NCBI GenBank assembly: GCA_002269645.1
Contig: NIVC01000013.1
Span: 434,001-498,000, forward strand
DNA: 64,000 nucleotides
Direction of reading: 5' to 3'
DNA from: Macrostomum lignano
Lineage: Eukaryota
The position numbers and the translations under genes were made by a program. Below the pieces are notes generated by a model that did no database searches, was not told the origin of the DNA, and worked only from the letters and a program-made list of their open reading frames with translations. Below, one piece after another: positions 11,701-24,000 of the stretch. Numbering within the stretch: position 1 is the stretch's first letter; the number at the start of each line of letters is the position of its first letter.

Positions 11701-14700
11701 GGGAGGATGGCCCAGCAACTGAGGATCTGGGAGGCTGGCCCAGCAACTGACACTCTGGGAGGCTGGCCCAGCAACTGACACTCTGGGAGGCTGGCCCAGC
11801 AACTGAGGATCTGGGAGGCTGGCCCAGCAACTGACACTCTGGGAAGCTGGCCCAGCAACTGACACTCTGGGAGGCTGGCCCAGCAACTGAGAATCTGGGA
11901 GACTGGCCCAGCAACTGAGGATCTGGGAGGCTGGCCCAGCAACTGACACTCTGGGAGGCTGGCCCAGCAACTGACACTCTGGGAGGCTGGCCCAGCAACT
12001 GACACTCTGGGAGGATGGCCCAGCAACCGAGGATCTGGGAGGCTGGCCCAGCAACTGACACTCTGGGAGGCTGGCCCAGCAACTGAGGATCTGGGAGGCT
12101 GGCCCAGCAACTGAGGATCTGAGAGGCTGGCCCAGAAACTGAGGATCTGAGAGGCTGGCCCAGCAACTGAGGATCTGGGAGGCCGGCCCAGCAACTGAGG
12201 ATCTGGGAGGCTGGCCCAGCAACTGACACTCTGGGAGGCTGGCCCAGCAACTGACATTCTGAAAGGCTGGCCCAGCAACTGACACTCTGGGAGGCTGGCC
12301 CAGCAACTGACACTCTGGGAGGCTGGCCCAGCAACTGACACTCTGGGAGGATGGCCCAGCAACTGAGGATCTGGGAGGCTGGCCCAGCAACTGACACTCT
12401 GGGAGGCTGGCCCAGCAACTGACACTCTGGGAGGCTGGCCCAGCAACTGAGGATCTGGGAGGCTGGCCCAGCAACTGACACTCTGGGAAGCTGGCCCAGC
12501 AACTGACACTCTGGGAGGCTGGCCCAGCAACTGAGAATCTGGGAGACTGGCCCAGCAACTGAGGATCTGGGAGGCTGGCCCAGCAACTGACACTCTGGGA
12601 GGCTGGCCCAGCAACTGACACTCTGGGAGGCTGGCCCAGCAACTGACACTCTGGAGGATGGCCCAGCAACCGAGGATCTGGGAGGCTGGCCCAGCAACTG
12701 ACACTCTGGGAGGCTGGCCCAGCAACTGAGAATCTGGGAGACTGGCCCAGCAACTGAGGATCTGAGAGGCTGGCCCAGAAACTGAGGATCTGAGAGGCTG
12801 GCCCAGCAACTGAGGATCTGGGAGGCCGGCCCAGCAACTGAGGATCTGGGAGGCTGGCCCAGCAACTGACACTCTGGGAGGCTGGCCCAGCAACTGACAT
12901 TCTGAAAGGCTGGCCCAGCAACTGACACTCTGGGAGGATGGCCCAGCAACTGAGGATCTGGGAGGCTGGACCAGCAACTGAGAATCTGGGAGGCTGGCCC
13001 AGCAACTGACACTCTGGGAGGATGGCCCAGCAACTGACACTCTGGGAGGCTGGCCCAGCAACTGACACTCTGGGAGGCTGGCCCAGCAACTGACACTCTG
13101 GGAGGCTGGCCCAGCAACTGACACTCTGGGAGGATGGCCCAGCAACTGAGGATCTGGGAGGCTGGCCCAGCAACTGACACTCTGGGAAGCTGGCCCAGCA
13201 ACTGACACTCTGGGAGGCTGGCCCAGCAACTGAGAATCTGGGAGACTGGCCCAGCAACTGACACTCTGGGAGGCTGGCCCAGCAACTGACACTCTGGGAG
13301 GCTGGCCCAGCAACTGACACTCTGGGAGGCTGGCCCAGCAACTGACACTCTGGGAGGATGGCCCAGCAACCGAGGATCTGGGAGGCTGGCCCAGCAACTG
13401 ACACTCTGGGAGGCTGGCCCAGCAACTGAGAATCTGGGAGACTGGCCCAGCAACTGAGGATCTGAGAGGCTGGCCCAGAAACTGAGGATCTGAGAGGCTG
13501 GCCCAGCAACTGAGGATCTGGGAGGCCGGCCCAGCAACTGAGGATCTGGGAGGCCGGCCTAGCAACTGACCTTGAGCATTCCCAGCTCCTCGGAAGGCTC
13601 CAGCGGCGAGGTGAACATGCTGATATCATTGACCAGCTCCTGAGTCTGCAGCATAGCCTGGAAGACCTTCTGTTGCTGGTCATCCCGCTCGCTACGCAGC
13701 GTGTTGGCCATGGTCACCAGCTTGTCGATGGCGTCCCGCTGGCGAGACAGCAGGTTCAGGCCGGGGCCGAACCCGCGGCAGAAGGCCTCCAGGATCAGAG
13801 TGAACCGAAGTCGCAGCTGCTGCTGATGGATCTCCGACCAGAGGTACCAGAAAAATCGAACTCCAGATCTACGAGTAAGAGTAGGTCAGGAAATAGTAGA
13901 CGGGTACCACAACCAAAATACCCTAAAGACAGGTACCTCAACCAAAACACCCCAAAACAGGTACCCCAACCAAAATACCCCAAAACAGGTACACCAACCA
14001 AAATACCCCAAGACAGGACCCCAACCAAAATACCCCAAGACAGGTACCCCACCGAAGATACCTCAAGACAGGTACCCCCACCAAAAATACCCCAAAACAG
14101 GTACCCCAACCAAAATACCCCAAGACAGGTACCTCAACCAAAAAACCCCAAGACAGGTACTTCAACCAAAGTTGAACTCCAAGACAGGTACCTCAACCAA
14201 AATACCCCAAGACAGGTACTTCAACCAAAGTTGAACTCCAAGACAGGTACCTCAACCAAAATACCCCAAGACAGGTACCTCAACTAAAAAAATACCCCAA
14301 GACAGGTACCTCAACTAAAAATATACCCCAAGACAGGTACCTCAACTAAAAAATACCCCAAGACAGGTACCCCCACCAAAAATACCCTAAGACAGGTACT
14401 CCACGGAAAGTACCCCAAGACAGGTACCAAAGTGGCAAAAAACTCACCGGACGCTCCTCAGCGACCATCTCAACAGAAAGTGAGTCAATCTATTGCTAAG
14501 AAACGGTTCAAACTTCAAGCACTGAACCAACTGCAGCAACAGCCTGCGAAACAATTTATCAGTAAGCGACTGATCCAAAGACTCAACGGCCAACGATCTC
14601 AGCCGAGGATCCATAAACTTCGGGCCCAACAATTGCAGACTAGTGTGCAATGGCAACGGTCGCTTCCACTGCTCCAACAGGTAATAGAACTTCAATACGT

Positions 14701-17700
14701 CATGCCGATTGGCCCAGTTAACAGCGCTAGCCAGCACTGGCAGAGAGGCCGGGTGCCTGGCGCAGCAGTCCTGCCGATAATACCAAACTAAATCGCGCTC
14801 TGAATCTGTCAGTTCGCTCAGACAGTCTCGATTGAGAATGGATTTCAGCTGGTCCTGCAGCTGCTCCTCTTTATTAGGCGGGATCACATCCCAGCCGGGT
14901 CGATTGCTTGACGGAGTCAATGGCGACTGCTGCAGCATAGAGTTCAGGCTGTCCTTGTCGGGGAAGCACAGCCGGGACTCGGGGAACATCACCTGCGTAG
15001 GGCATTGGGTGGCTGTGCGACTTGCGAATCGGCAAAGTGTTGGATTGCTTACTCTGAGAATGTTGGTTTCTGATCCTCATTCACCACCTTCTCCCCTGTG
15101 TAACCGCCCTTGCCTAATCTCTCCCCTTGCCTACCTCTCCCCTTGCCTACCTCTCCCCTTGCCTACCCTCTCCCCTTGCCTACCTCTCCCCTTGACTACC
15201 CTCTCTCTCTTTGCCTACCCTCTCTCCCTTTGCCTACCCTCTCTCCATTTGCCTACCCTCTCTCCCTTTGTCTACCCTCTCCATTGCTTTCCCTCTACCC
15301 CGCCTTTCCTCTCTTCTCTTGACTACCATCTCTCCCCTTGTCTAAATCACCCGCCCTTTTCTAATAAATCATCCTCATTGTCTACCCTCTTTCTCTCTCT
15401 CTTTCCATTTTACCCTCATTTTCCTTGACTACCCTCTCTCTCCCTTTGCCTACCCTCTCTCTCCCCCTTTGCCTACCCTCTCTCTCCCCTTGCCTACCCT
15501 CTCTCCCCTTGCCTAACCCTCTCACTTCTTGTCTAAAGCACCCCTTGTCTATCCCCTCTCTCTTTTTCCATTTTTACCCTCATTTTCCTTGCCTACCCTC
15601 TCTCCCTTTATCTACCCTCTCTCCCTTTATCTACCCTCTCTCCCTTTATCTACCCTCTCTCCCTTTATCTACCCTCTCTCCCTTTATCTACCCTCTCTCC
15701 CTTTATCTACCCTCTCTCCCTTTATCTACCCTCTCTCCCTTTATCTACCCTCTCTCCCCTTGTCCACGCTCTATCCCCATGTCTACCCTCTCTCTCTCTC
15801 CTAGGCGCTCCGCAGCCTCCCAAGCCCCAATAAAGCAGCAGCAGCAGCGGAGGCGGGCTCACCTCAGCCACCGGAGCGTCGCTCTGATTACTACCAAACG
15901 TGGTGCCCAACGGTTTAAGAAAGTCAACAGCCCCAGCCGAGGATTGCTGGCCAACTCCGCCAAGAAACTCTTCAGTCCAGAATCGCATTTGAATTGGTCC
16001 GCTACGCAATTTGCCATCGTAGGCAAATATGTTAACGTTGCTCCAGCCTAGACAGTTGTGCTCGTCAGTAGTGTGACGCCGGACAACATAGCACAGGGCT
16101 AAGCACAGCCTGGCGTATATTGGCAAATTCGATACTAATACGTCGAACATCAGTGGCTCGCTAATGCTTTCAGCATTGCAACTGCGCATAGCTCTAGTGG
16201 TTAGATTGCCGCACAGCGGGGCGCTGCCGCAGTAGATGCCGGCTCTCAGGTACAGCTGACCGTTGGGAGGGTCGGACACTTGAACGCTGGTTACCTGGGG
16301 GGAGGAGAAATGAAGGTCAGACAGTGAGCTGAAATACCTGAAGCATAGATACGGCGATTTAACATGTATATAAGGGAAATAAGGGAATGAGTGGGTGACG
16401 GGAGGCAGAAGAGACCGAGAGGGAGAGGTAGATGGAGAGAGGGGGGATAGGGAGAGGGAGATGGGGAAAGGGAGATGGGGAGAGGAGAGAGAGATGAGGA
16501 GAGGAAGATGGGGAGAGGGAGATGGGGAGAGGGAGATGGGGAGAGGAGAGGGAGATGAGGAGAGGGAGATGGGGAGAGGGGGAGAGGGAGATGAGGAGAG
16601 GGAGATGGGGAGAGGGGGAGAGGGAGATGGGGAGAGGGAGATGAGGAGAGGGAGATGGGGAGAGGGAGATGGGGAGAGGGAGATGGGGAAGGGAGATGGG
16701 GAGAGGAGAGGGAGATGAGGAGAGGGAGATGGGGAGAGGGGGAGAGGGAGATGAGGAGAGGGAGATGGGGAGAGGGAGAGATGGGGAGAGGAGGAGAGGG
16801 AGATGGGGAGAGCGAGAGATGGGGAGAGGAGAGGGAGATGAGGAGAGGGAGAGAGGGAGACTGAGAGGGAGAGGGGAGAAAAGAAGAGGGAGTGGGAGGG
16901 CAAGGGCGAGAGAGAGGGCACAGAGCCGTAGCAGACAGAGCGGCAGCCAACAGAGGGACACACATGAACAGTGAAGTATTCGTTAACGCAATTCCACAGA
17001 TCCATAGGCCGGGCCAAGGCGGGCTGACTCAGCGAGTCCTCGCGCACCATGGCATACGATGAAGACGTAGAAGTCCTATCGGAGGCGGCCAGGTTGCTGA
17101 GGTATTCTGGCATCGAATAGAAATTGCAGCAGCCGGGCTCGCTGACGCTGTCAAAGCTGGGGTCTTTCTCAACCAGCATGAGACAGGGAGTGACATTGGA
17201 GTCTAAGCAGTGCCGGAAATAATCGTACGAACTGAGAGGCGACCGCGATGTTAAATACTGATTGCAGCAGCACACCTTGACCAGGTAGCGATTGGGATTA
17301 ATCTGCTGACGCGACTGAGGCTTGCGGGCGACCTCTTCTACTACAGTTAAAGGATAGCTGCGGTCCAAGTCTAGCTGAATAGTGAATCGCATTGTCTGAT
17401 TGCCGCTGCGGTGAAATACCTGCACCTTGTGAATACTGCTTGGACTGATGGCGGGTCCGGTGAATGACAATCTGTCAGATGAATTGTTCGAAGCGCTGGC
17501 ACTGCTGGTGCTGCTCTTGTGCCGAATAATTGGGCTAGTATCCTCGCAAGTGGCCCCGGTGCGAAAGTGGAACACCTGTTGATATAAATAATCAATGCAA
17601 AGTGTCAGAAATTTACAGGAAGTTAAACATACCTTTGCGTTTTCTAAGAAACGGGAATTCCGAAAATGAAGACAGCAACATAATTAATAACTTAGCAACT

Positions 17701-18917
17701 CTAAAAAGATAAGGAACCCCTAAACAGGGAAATCCCAAACAAGGAGATACCAGTAGGGAAATCTTAAACAAGGAGATTTAGACTACCGGTAGGGATATCC
17801 TAAAGAGGGAAACCTCAAACAAAGATATTCACAGTAGGGAAATCCCAAACAGGGAAACCCCAAACAAGGGGATTCACAGTAGGGAAATTTCAAAAAGGGA
17901 AACTTCAAACAAGGGGATTCACAGTAGGGAAATTTCAAAAAGGGAAACTTCAAACAAGGGGATTCACAGTAGGGAAATCCCAAACAGGGAAACCCCAAAC
18001 AAGGGGATTCACAGTAGGGAAATCCTAAACAAGGAGATTCACAGTAGGGAAATCCCAAACAAGGAGATACCAGTAGGGAAATCCCAAACAGGGAATCCTA
18101 AACCGGTAGGGAAAACCCAGAGGGAACCCTAAACAAGGAGATTCACAGTAGGGAAATCCCAAACAGGGAAACCCCAAACAAGGGGATTCACAGTAGGGAA
18201 ATCCCAAACAGGAAAACCCCAAACAAGGGGATTCACAGTAAGGAAATCCCAAACAGGGAAACCCCAAACAAGGGGATTCACAGTAGGAAAATCCTAAACA
18301 AGGAGATTCACAGTAGCGAAATCCTAAACAAGGAGATTAGGGAAATCCTAAACATGGATAGTCACAGTAGGGAAAACCCAAACGGGGAAACCCCAAACAA
18401 GGGGATTCACAGTATGGAACCCTACAAAACAAAAAGAATAGCAACCGCAGCTAATCATTTTCACCTGGTCGGCGCCGCCATTCCTAGTCTGCTGGCAGGC
18501 GTCTTTCACCGTGGCAAAAGCGGCCCCACGAAAACTGGTAGCCTCGGCGTCCATGACTCGGCCGAGATCCTTGGCGGACACGCCGATCGAATGAAACACC
18601 AACGCTTCCCTAGTTTTGTCGCTTTTCATATCGTGACTCTGACGGAGGCTGAGCATTGGTATAAACAATCTCAATTGGCTCAACCGTTGCGTCTCTTCTA
18701 GGAAATCCTCCGTGGACCCCTCCAGAATTACGCCGCTAAATACGTAACTATCTTGGTCGAGCGATTCCGAATGATACCCGGCCTTGTGCGCCTCCGACCA
18801 GACCAGCTTCTTTAAATCGCACAGCGGCACATCGGCCGAACAGGTGAGCACCAGCAGGAAGCCAGAGGGCAGCAGGACGTCAACGTCCACGCTGCCGCCT
18901 AGTAGTGCGCCGGACAT
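7601..18917 (-). CDS. PIK3CA: Class I phosphatidylinositol 3-kinase catalytic subunit (p110, alpha-like); exons 18465-18917, 16964-17575, 15863-16294, 14448-14992, 13571-13868, 10448-10702, 8843-9172, 7601-7945
   Basis: Full class I domain order: ABD ([19 protein letters not shown]), RBD ([12 protein letters not shown]), C2 (YLRAGIYCG), helical ([12 protein letters not shown]), kinase ([51 protein letters not shown]). All seven coding introns are GT-AG and phase-consistent. The isoform label (alpha versus beta/delta) is uncertain. Confidence 0.9.
7985..8795. repeat. (GTCT)n/(GCCT)n microsatellite with interspersed TCTTCTGTGTTTGTG units, in PI3K intron 7946-8842
   Basis: Direct reading. Confidence 0.95.
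9320..10400. repeat. 25-bp minisatellite (AAAATTATCCCATTCGAGAAATCCT), about 43 copies, in PI3K intron 9173-10447
   Basis: Direct reading; has a 250-bp higher-order period. Confidence 0.95.
10742..13570 (-). repeat. 28-bp minisatellite family X (transcript strand GTCAGTTGCTGGGCCAGCCTCCCAGAGT, with an ATCC variant), about 100 copies, filling PI3K intron 10703-13570
   Basis: Direct reading; the same unit occurs at 52845-53770 and 58670-59070. Confidence 0.97.
13900..14430. repeat. 28-bp minisatellite (CAACCAAAATACCCCAAGACAGGTACCT), about 18 copies, in PI3K intron 13869-14447; unrelated to family X
   Basis: Direct reading; GGTAC core in each unit. Confidence 0.93.
15100..15800. repeat. CT-rich 19-bp minisatellite (TTTATCTACCCTCTCTCCC and the TTGCCTACC variant), in PI3K intron 14993-15862
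   Basis: Direct reading. Confidence 0.9.
16400..16925. repeat. Purine-rich (GGAGAGGGAGATGG-like) degenerate repeat, in PI3K intron 16295-16963
   Basis: Direct reading. Confidence 0.9.
17715..18420. repeat. Composite 30+15-bp (about 45-bp) minisatellite (AAACAAGGGGATTCACAGTAGGGAAATCCC + AAACAGGGAAACCCC), in PI3K intron 17576-18464
   Basis: Direct reading. Confidence 0.9.
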
Positions 18918-19029
18918 CCCTGTGGCTGATTGTCTCTGTCGATCTGTAGCAGCGATCGGCTACCGGCGGATGGTGGCGCCGAGCTGAAGGGTTTGAGACA
19001 TTAAAATTAATGCAAACTGTACGGAATCC

Positions 19030-19770
19030 TACTTTGGAGAATCAGCTAGCGAATCCTCTTTGGGAGTCTGCTGGGGAATCCCATTTGAGTGCTGGGGAAT
19101 CCCTTTTAGGAGTCTGCTGGGGAATCCCATTTGAGTCTGCTGGGGAATCCGATTTGGGAGTTTGCTGGGGAATCCCATTTGAGTCTGCTGGGAAATCCCT
19201 TTTAGGAGTCTGCTGGGGGGGAATCCCATTTGAGTCTGCTGGGGAATCCCATTTGAGTCTGCTGGGGAATCCGATTTGGGAGTCTGCTGGGAATTCCCAT
19301 CTGAGTCTGCTGGGGAATCCCTTTTAGGAGTCTGCTGGGGAATCCCATTTGAGTCTGCTGGGGAATCCCATTTGAGTCTGCTGGGGAATCCCATTTGAGT
19401 GCTGGGGAATCCCTTTTAGGAGTCTGCTGGGGAATCCCATTTGAGTCTGCTGGGGAATCCGATTTGGGAGTCTGCTGGGGAATCCCATTTGAGTCTGCTG
19501 GGAAATCCCTTTTAGGAGTCTGCTGGGGAATCCCATTTGAGTCTGCTGGGGAATCCCTTTTAGGAGTCTGCTGGGGAATACCTTTTGGGAATCTGCTGGA
19601 GAATCCGATTTGGGAGTCTGCTGGGGAATCCCATTTAAGTCTGCTGGGGAATCCCTTTTAGGAGTCTGCTGGGGAATACCTTTCGGGAATCTGCTGGAGA
19701 ATCCCATTTGGGAGAATCCACAAGGGAATCCCATTTTTTGGAATCCACTAGGGAATCCTTTTTGGGAAAT
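19030..19770. repeat. 23/24-bp minisatellite (GAGTCTGCTGGGGAATCCCATTT), upstream of the PI3K 5'-UTR acceptor at 18984
   Basis: Direct reading. Confidence 0.93.
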
Positions 19771-20123
19771 TCACTAATCCTAATAAGTGAAATATCTACA
19801 AAAATCCAAGTCACCTTAGAAAATCAAAGCCTGAATCTCGTAGCAGACTCAAATAGGAAACTTTCTAGAAGCAGAAAATTACAAAAATCGGGAAATTTTT
19901 TTAACATTTAGCAACCGGCAAGACAAAGAAACTTTAATTAAAAAAATAGACTTATTGTTGCTGCAATTGAAATCCAAAAACCGCTCATTGACGCGTTGAT
20001 TTATTTGATGGATCGAAAAAGAATAAAACAATAAATGACATCATATTTGAGAAGCGGCTTGCCGAATAGCCTTTAGATTACAGAGCCAACATTTAAATAT
20101 AACAAAAAGATCTTTCGACAACT

Positions 20124-20135
20124 TTTATTTTTATT
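20124..20135 (-). terminator. Candidate TYW1 polyadenylation signals (two tandem AATAAA on the minus strand)
   Basis: TTTATT at 20124-20129 and 20130-20135 on the plus strand, with T-rich sequence downstream on the minus strand. Use of these sites is unproven. Confidence 0.4.
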
Positions 20136-20214
20136 TGAATAAGTGATGTTCTTGGTAACACAACCAAGAATTACTATGATGCTTAGAAACAATAAACCAC
20201 TTCTTGTTCCCTAA

Positions 20215-20960
20215 GCAACTGGATTTATCTTAGCAACTAGTTTTGCCTTAGCAACGGATTTACCTTAGCAACTGGATTCATCCTAGCAACCGTATTTTCC
20301 TTAACAACCGGATTCACCTTAGCAACCGTATTTTCCTTAACAACCGGATTTACCTTAGCAACTGGATTCACCTTAGCAACAGGGTTTACCTTAGCAACTG
20401 GGGTTCACCTTAGCAACTGGATTTACCTTAGCAACTGGGGTTCACCTTAGCAACTGGATTTACCTTGGCAACATAATTTACCTTAGCAACAGGATTAACC
20501 TTGGCAACTGGGTTTATCTTAGCAACTGGATTTACCATAGAAACCGTATTTTACGTAACTACCGCATTAACCTTAGCAATTGGATTCACCTAAGCAATCG
20601 TGTTTTCCTTAACAAACGGATTTATCTTAGCAACAGGGTTTACCTTAGCAACTGGGGTTCACTTTAGCAACTGGATTTACATTGGCAACATAATCTACCT
20701 TAGCAAAAGGATTAACCTTGGCAACTTGGTTTATCTTAGCAGCTGGATTCACCTTAGCACCCGTATTTTGTTTAACAACCGGATTTACCTTAGCAACTGG
20801 ATTCACCTTAGCAACCGTATTCTCCCTAACAACCGGATTCACCTTAGCAACAGGGTTTACCTTAGCAACAGGGGTTCACCTTAGCGACAGGGTTTACCTT
20901 AGCAACGGGGTTCACCTTGGCAACTAGATTCACCTTAGCAACAGGATTTCTGTTAGCAAC
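20215..20960. repeat. 18-bp minisatellite (CCTTAGCAACTGGATTTA and variants), about 40 copies, starting about 40 nt after the TYW1 stop codon
   Basis: Direct reading; gives the AKVNPV-periodic ORF 20645-20842. Confidence 0.93.
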
Positions 20961-21002
20961 ATAATTTGATCATAAATCAAGCTTCATTCTCTGTTAGCAG
21001 CA

Positions 21003-24000
21003 TCAGTAATCTCCAGAAGCTGCAGCGGCAGCGGCAGCGGCAGCAGCCCGCCGACGGAATCGCGTCTCATTGGGATCAAATCCCTGTTCAGCGGAGCCGT
21101 ACACAGCCCACTCTGGCGTCTCGGCCATATAATCGGCCGCATTGAACCGTTGGCCAGTTTCCACAAATCGTCCATAGAGCTGCTCAAATCTATCGTAATC
21201 AATCCAGGTGTGCCAACGATTGTTAACTAGAAATTTGCGTTTATTAGCCAATAGGACGCAGTTGGAGTGCTCGTGCTCACAGGCGATGTCGTACTGATTG
21301 GCCAGAGAGTCGGCCAAGGCCTGGCTGAACTGCACCACCTCCTTGTGCCAGGGCACGTTGCCCATTGTCAGCTGGCTGGCCTTGCTATCGCCGCAGAATG
21401 TCACTCCTTTCACTTCGATGAAATCTGGGCAGCCGAGATCCACTAGCTTAGCGTATTGTTGCACCTTGATTAGCGGATGGGGGAGGGAGATTATTGTGGC
21501 TGGGGGATTATTATCCCAATTTTGATCTACAAAAAGTGTCCCTAAAAACCTTGAAAAATATCCCAATTCCCAAAATAGTTACATTTCTATACTGAAACAT
21601 ATGAGGGATAATTATCCCCCCCTACTGAAATATTCAAGGGGATAATTATTCTTTCTACTGAAATATCTCAGGGGATAATTATCCTTCCTACTGAAATATT
21701 GCAGGGGATAATTATCCCCCCTACTGAAATATCTCATGGGATAATTATCCTTCCTACTGAAATATCTCAGGAGATAATTATCCTTCCTACTGAAAATCTT
21801 AGGGGATAATTATCCTTCCTACTGAAATATCTCAGGGGATAATTATCCTTCCTACTGAAATATCTCAGGGGATAATTATACTTTCTACTAAAATATCTCA
21901 GGGAATAATTATCCTTTCTACTGAAATATCTCAGGGGATAATTATACTTTCTACTAAAATATCTCAGGGAATAATTATCCTTCCTACTGAAAATCTTAGG
22001 GAATAATTGTCCTCCACTAAAATATCTGGGGGGGGGGGGTAATTAGGTTCACTTTAAATATCTAGAGAACATTAATTACTAACTAAAATAGAAATCATTC
22101 CTAGTTCTTGGGACAATGATCCTCTACCAAAAAAAGTATCTCAAGCTCCCCCACACAGCAACAAACCTCCTCGGTGTTCCAAGCCTTGACCAGAGTCAGC
22201 CGGTACACGGTCCGCTGGCCGCAGTCGCGCATAGCCCGCAGGCAATCGATAAAACGCTGCCAGAAATCCTTGAACAGAGGCCTGTCGATGCGTTTCAAGC
22301 TATCCGGCGTGGCTGCGTCAACCGATACGTAAAGTTGCGTAACAGGCGGCAGTTGACGCATCGCTTCGGGGAACTGAGCGTTAGTAACTAGGAACGAAGA
22401 GATGCCGGATGTGTGCAACAGGTGCAACAGCTGGTTGATGCGCGGATACATGATTGGCTCGCCCACTAGGCTGAGTGCGCAATGGCGCGGCTGCATGCCT
22501 TCGGAGATGCGCTCGGGCATGACGCCGGGCACTCCGCGGAATTCCCGTATCATCCGCCTGCGGCGGGTGGGGTTAGTTTGTAAGGCAATTGTGATTAAGA
22601 GCATCTAAGCCTTCGAGTGGGGATCTCGGAGATCATTACTTTAAGTGGAGCTGATTCTCATTCCTAGATTCTTACTAAGGATATCACAATTCCTTATTGG
22701 GATTCCCCTAGATTCCTAACTGGGATTACCCTAGATTCCCCATTCGGATTCTCTTACAGTCCTTATTGGGATTCCCCTAGATTCCTCATTGGGATTCCCC
22801 TAGATCCTTTATTCGGATTCGCCTAGATTCCTCATTGGGATTCCCCTAGATTCTTTATTCGGATTCCCCTAGATTCCTTATTGGGATTCCCGTAGATTCC
22901 TCATTGGGATTCCCCTAGATCCTTTATTCGGATTCTCCTAGATTCCTTATTGGGATTTCCCTTGATTCGTCATTGGGATTCCGCTAGATTCTTTATTTGG
23001 GTTCTCCTAGATTCCTTATTGGGATTCCCCTAGCTTCCTCATTGGGATTCCCCTAGATCCTTTATTCGGATTCTCCTAGATTCCTTATTGGGATTTCCCT
23101 TGATTCCTCATTGGGATTCCGCTAGATTCTTTATTTGTGTTCTCCTAGATTCCTTATTGGGATTCCCCTAGCTTCCTCATTGGGATTCCCCTAGATCCTT
23201 TATTCGGATTCTCCTAGATTCCTTATTGGGATTTCCCTTGATTCCTCATTGGGATTCCGCTAGATTCTTTATTTGTGTTCTCCTAGATTCCTTATTGGGA
23301 TTCCCCTAGCTTCCTCATTGGGATTCCCCTAGATCCTTTATTCGGATTCTCCTAGATTCCTTATTGGGATTTCCCTTGATTCCTCATTGGGATTCCGCTA
23401 GATTCTTTATTTGTGTTCTCCTAGATTCCTTATTGGGATTCCCCTAGATTCCCAACTCGGATTTCCCTTGATTCCTCATTGGTATTCCCTAGATTCTTTT
23501 TTCGGATTCTCCTAGATTCCTTATTGGGATTCCTTTAGATTCTTTATTGGGATTCCTTTAGATTCTTAATTGGGATTTTCCCAGATTCACTATTCGGATT
23601 CTCCTTGATTCCTCATTGGGATTCCCCTAGATTTCTAATTGGGATTTCCTTGATTCCTCATTGGGATTCCCCTAGATTTCTAATTGGGATTTCCTTGATT
23701 CCTCATTGGGATTCCCCTAGATTCTTTAATCGGATTCTCCTAGATTCCTCATTCGGATGCTCCTAGCTTTCTTTTTAGGATTCCCCTAGATTCCTCATTG
23801 GGATTTCTCCTAGATACTAAAAAGGGATACCCCTAGATTTGTAATTAGGATTCCCTTGGATACTAAAAAGGATATCCCCTATAAACTCCAATAGACCTCC
23901 GCCATCGCTCACCTGTGAGCATCCAAAGCGCCCGATAGAATCTCGTCGGGCGGATCTTCCAACCAGCGCCACTCGGTGCCCACCGGATTAGTGTGATGCC

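Noticed and set aside
10698-13683. Three overlapping 880-984-aa ORFs on the minus strand
   Set aside because: They result from a stop-free 28-bp unit read in all frames. They lie inside a GT-AG intron whose removal restores PI3K, and the in-frame retained reading hits TAG at codon 4.
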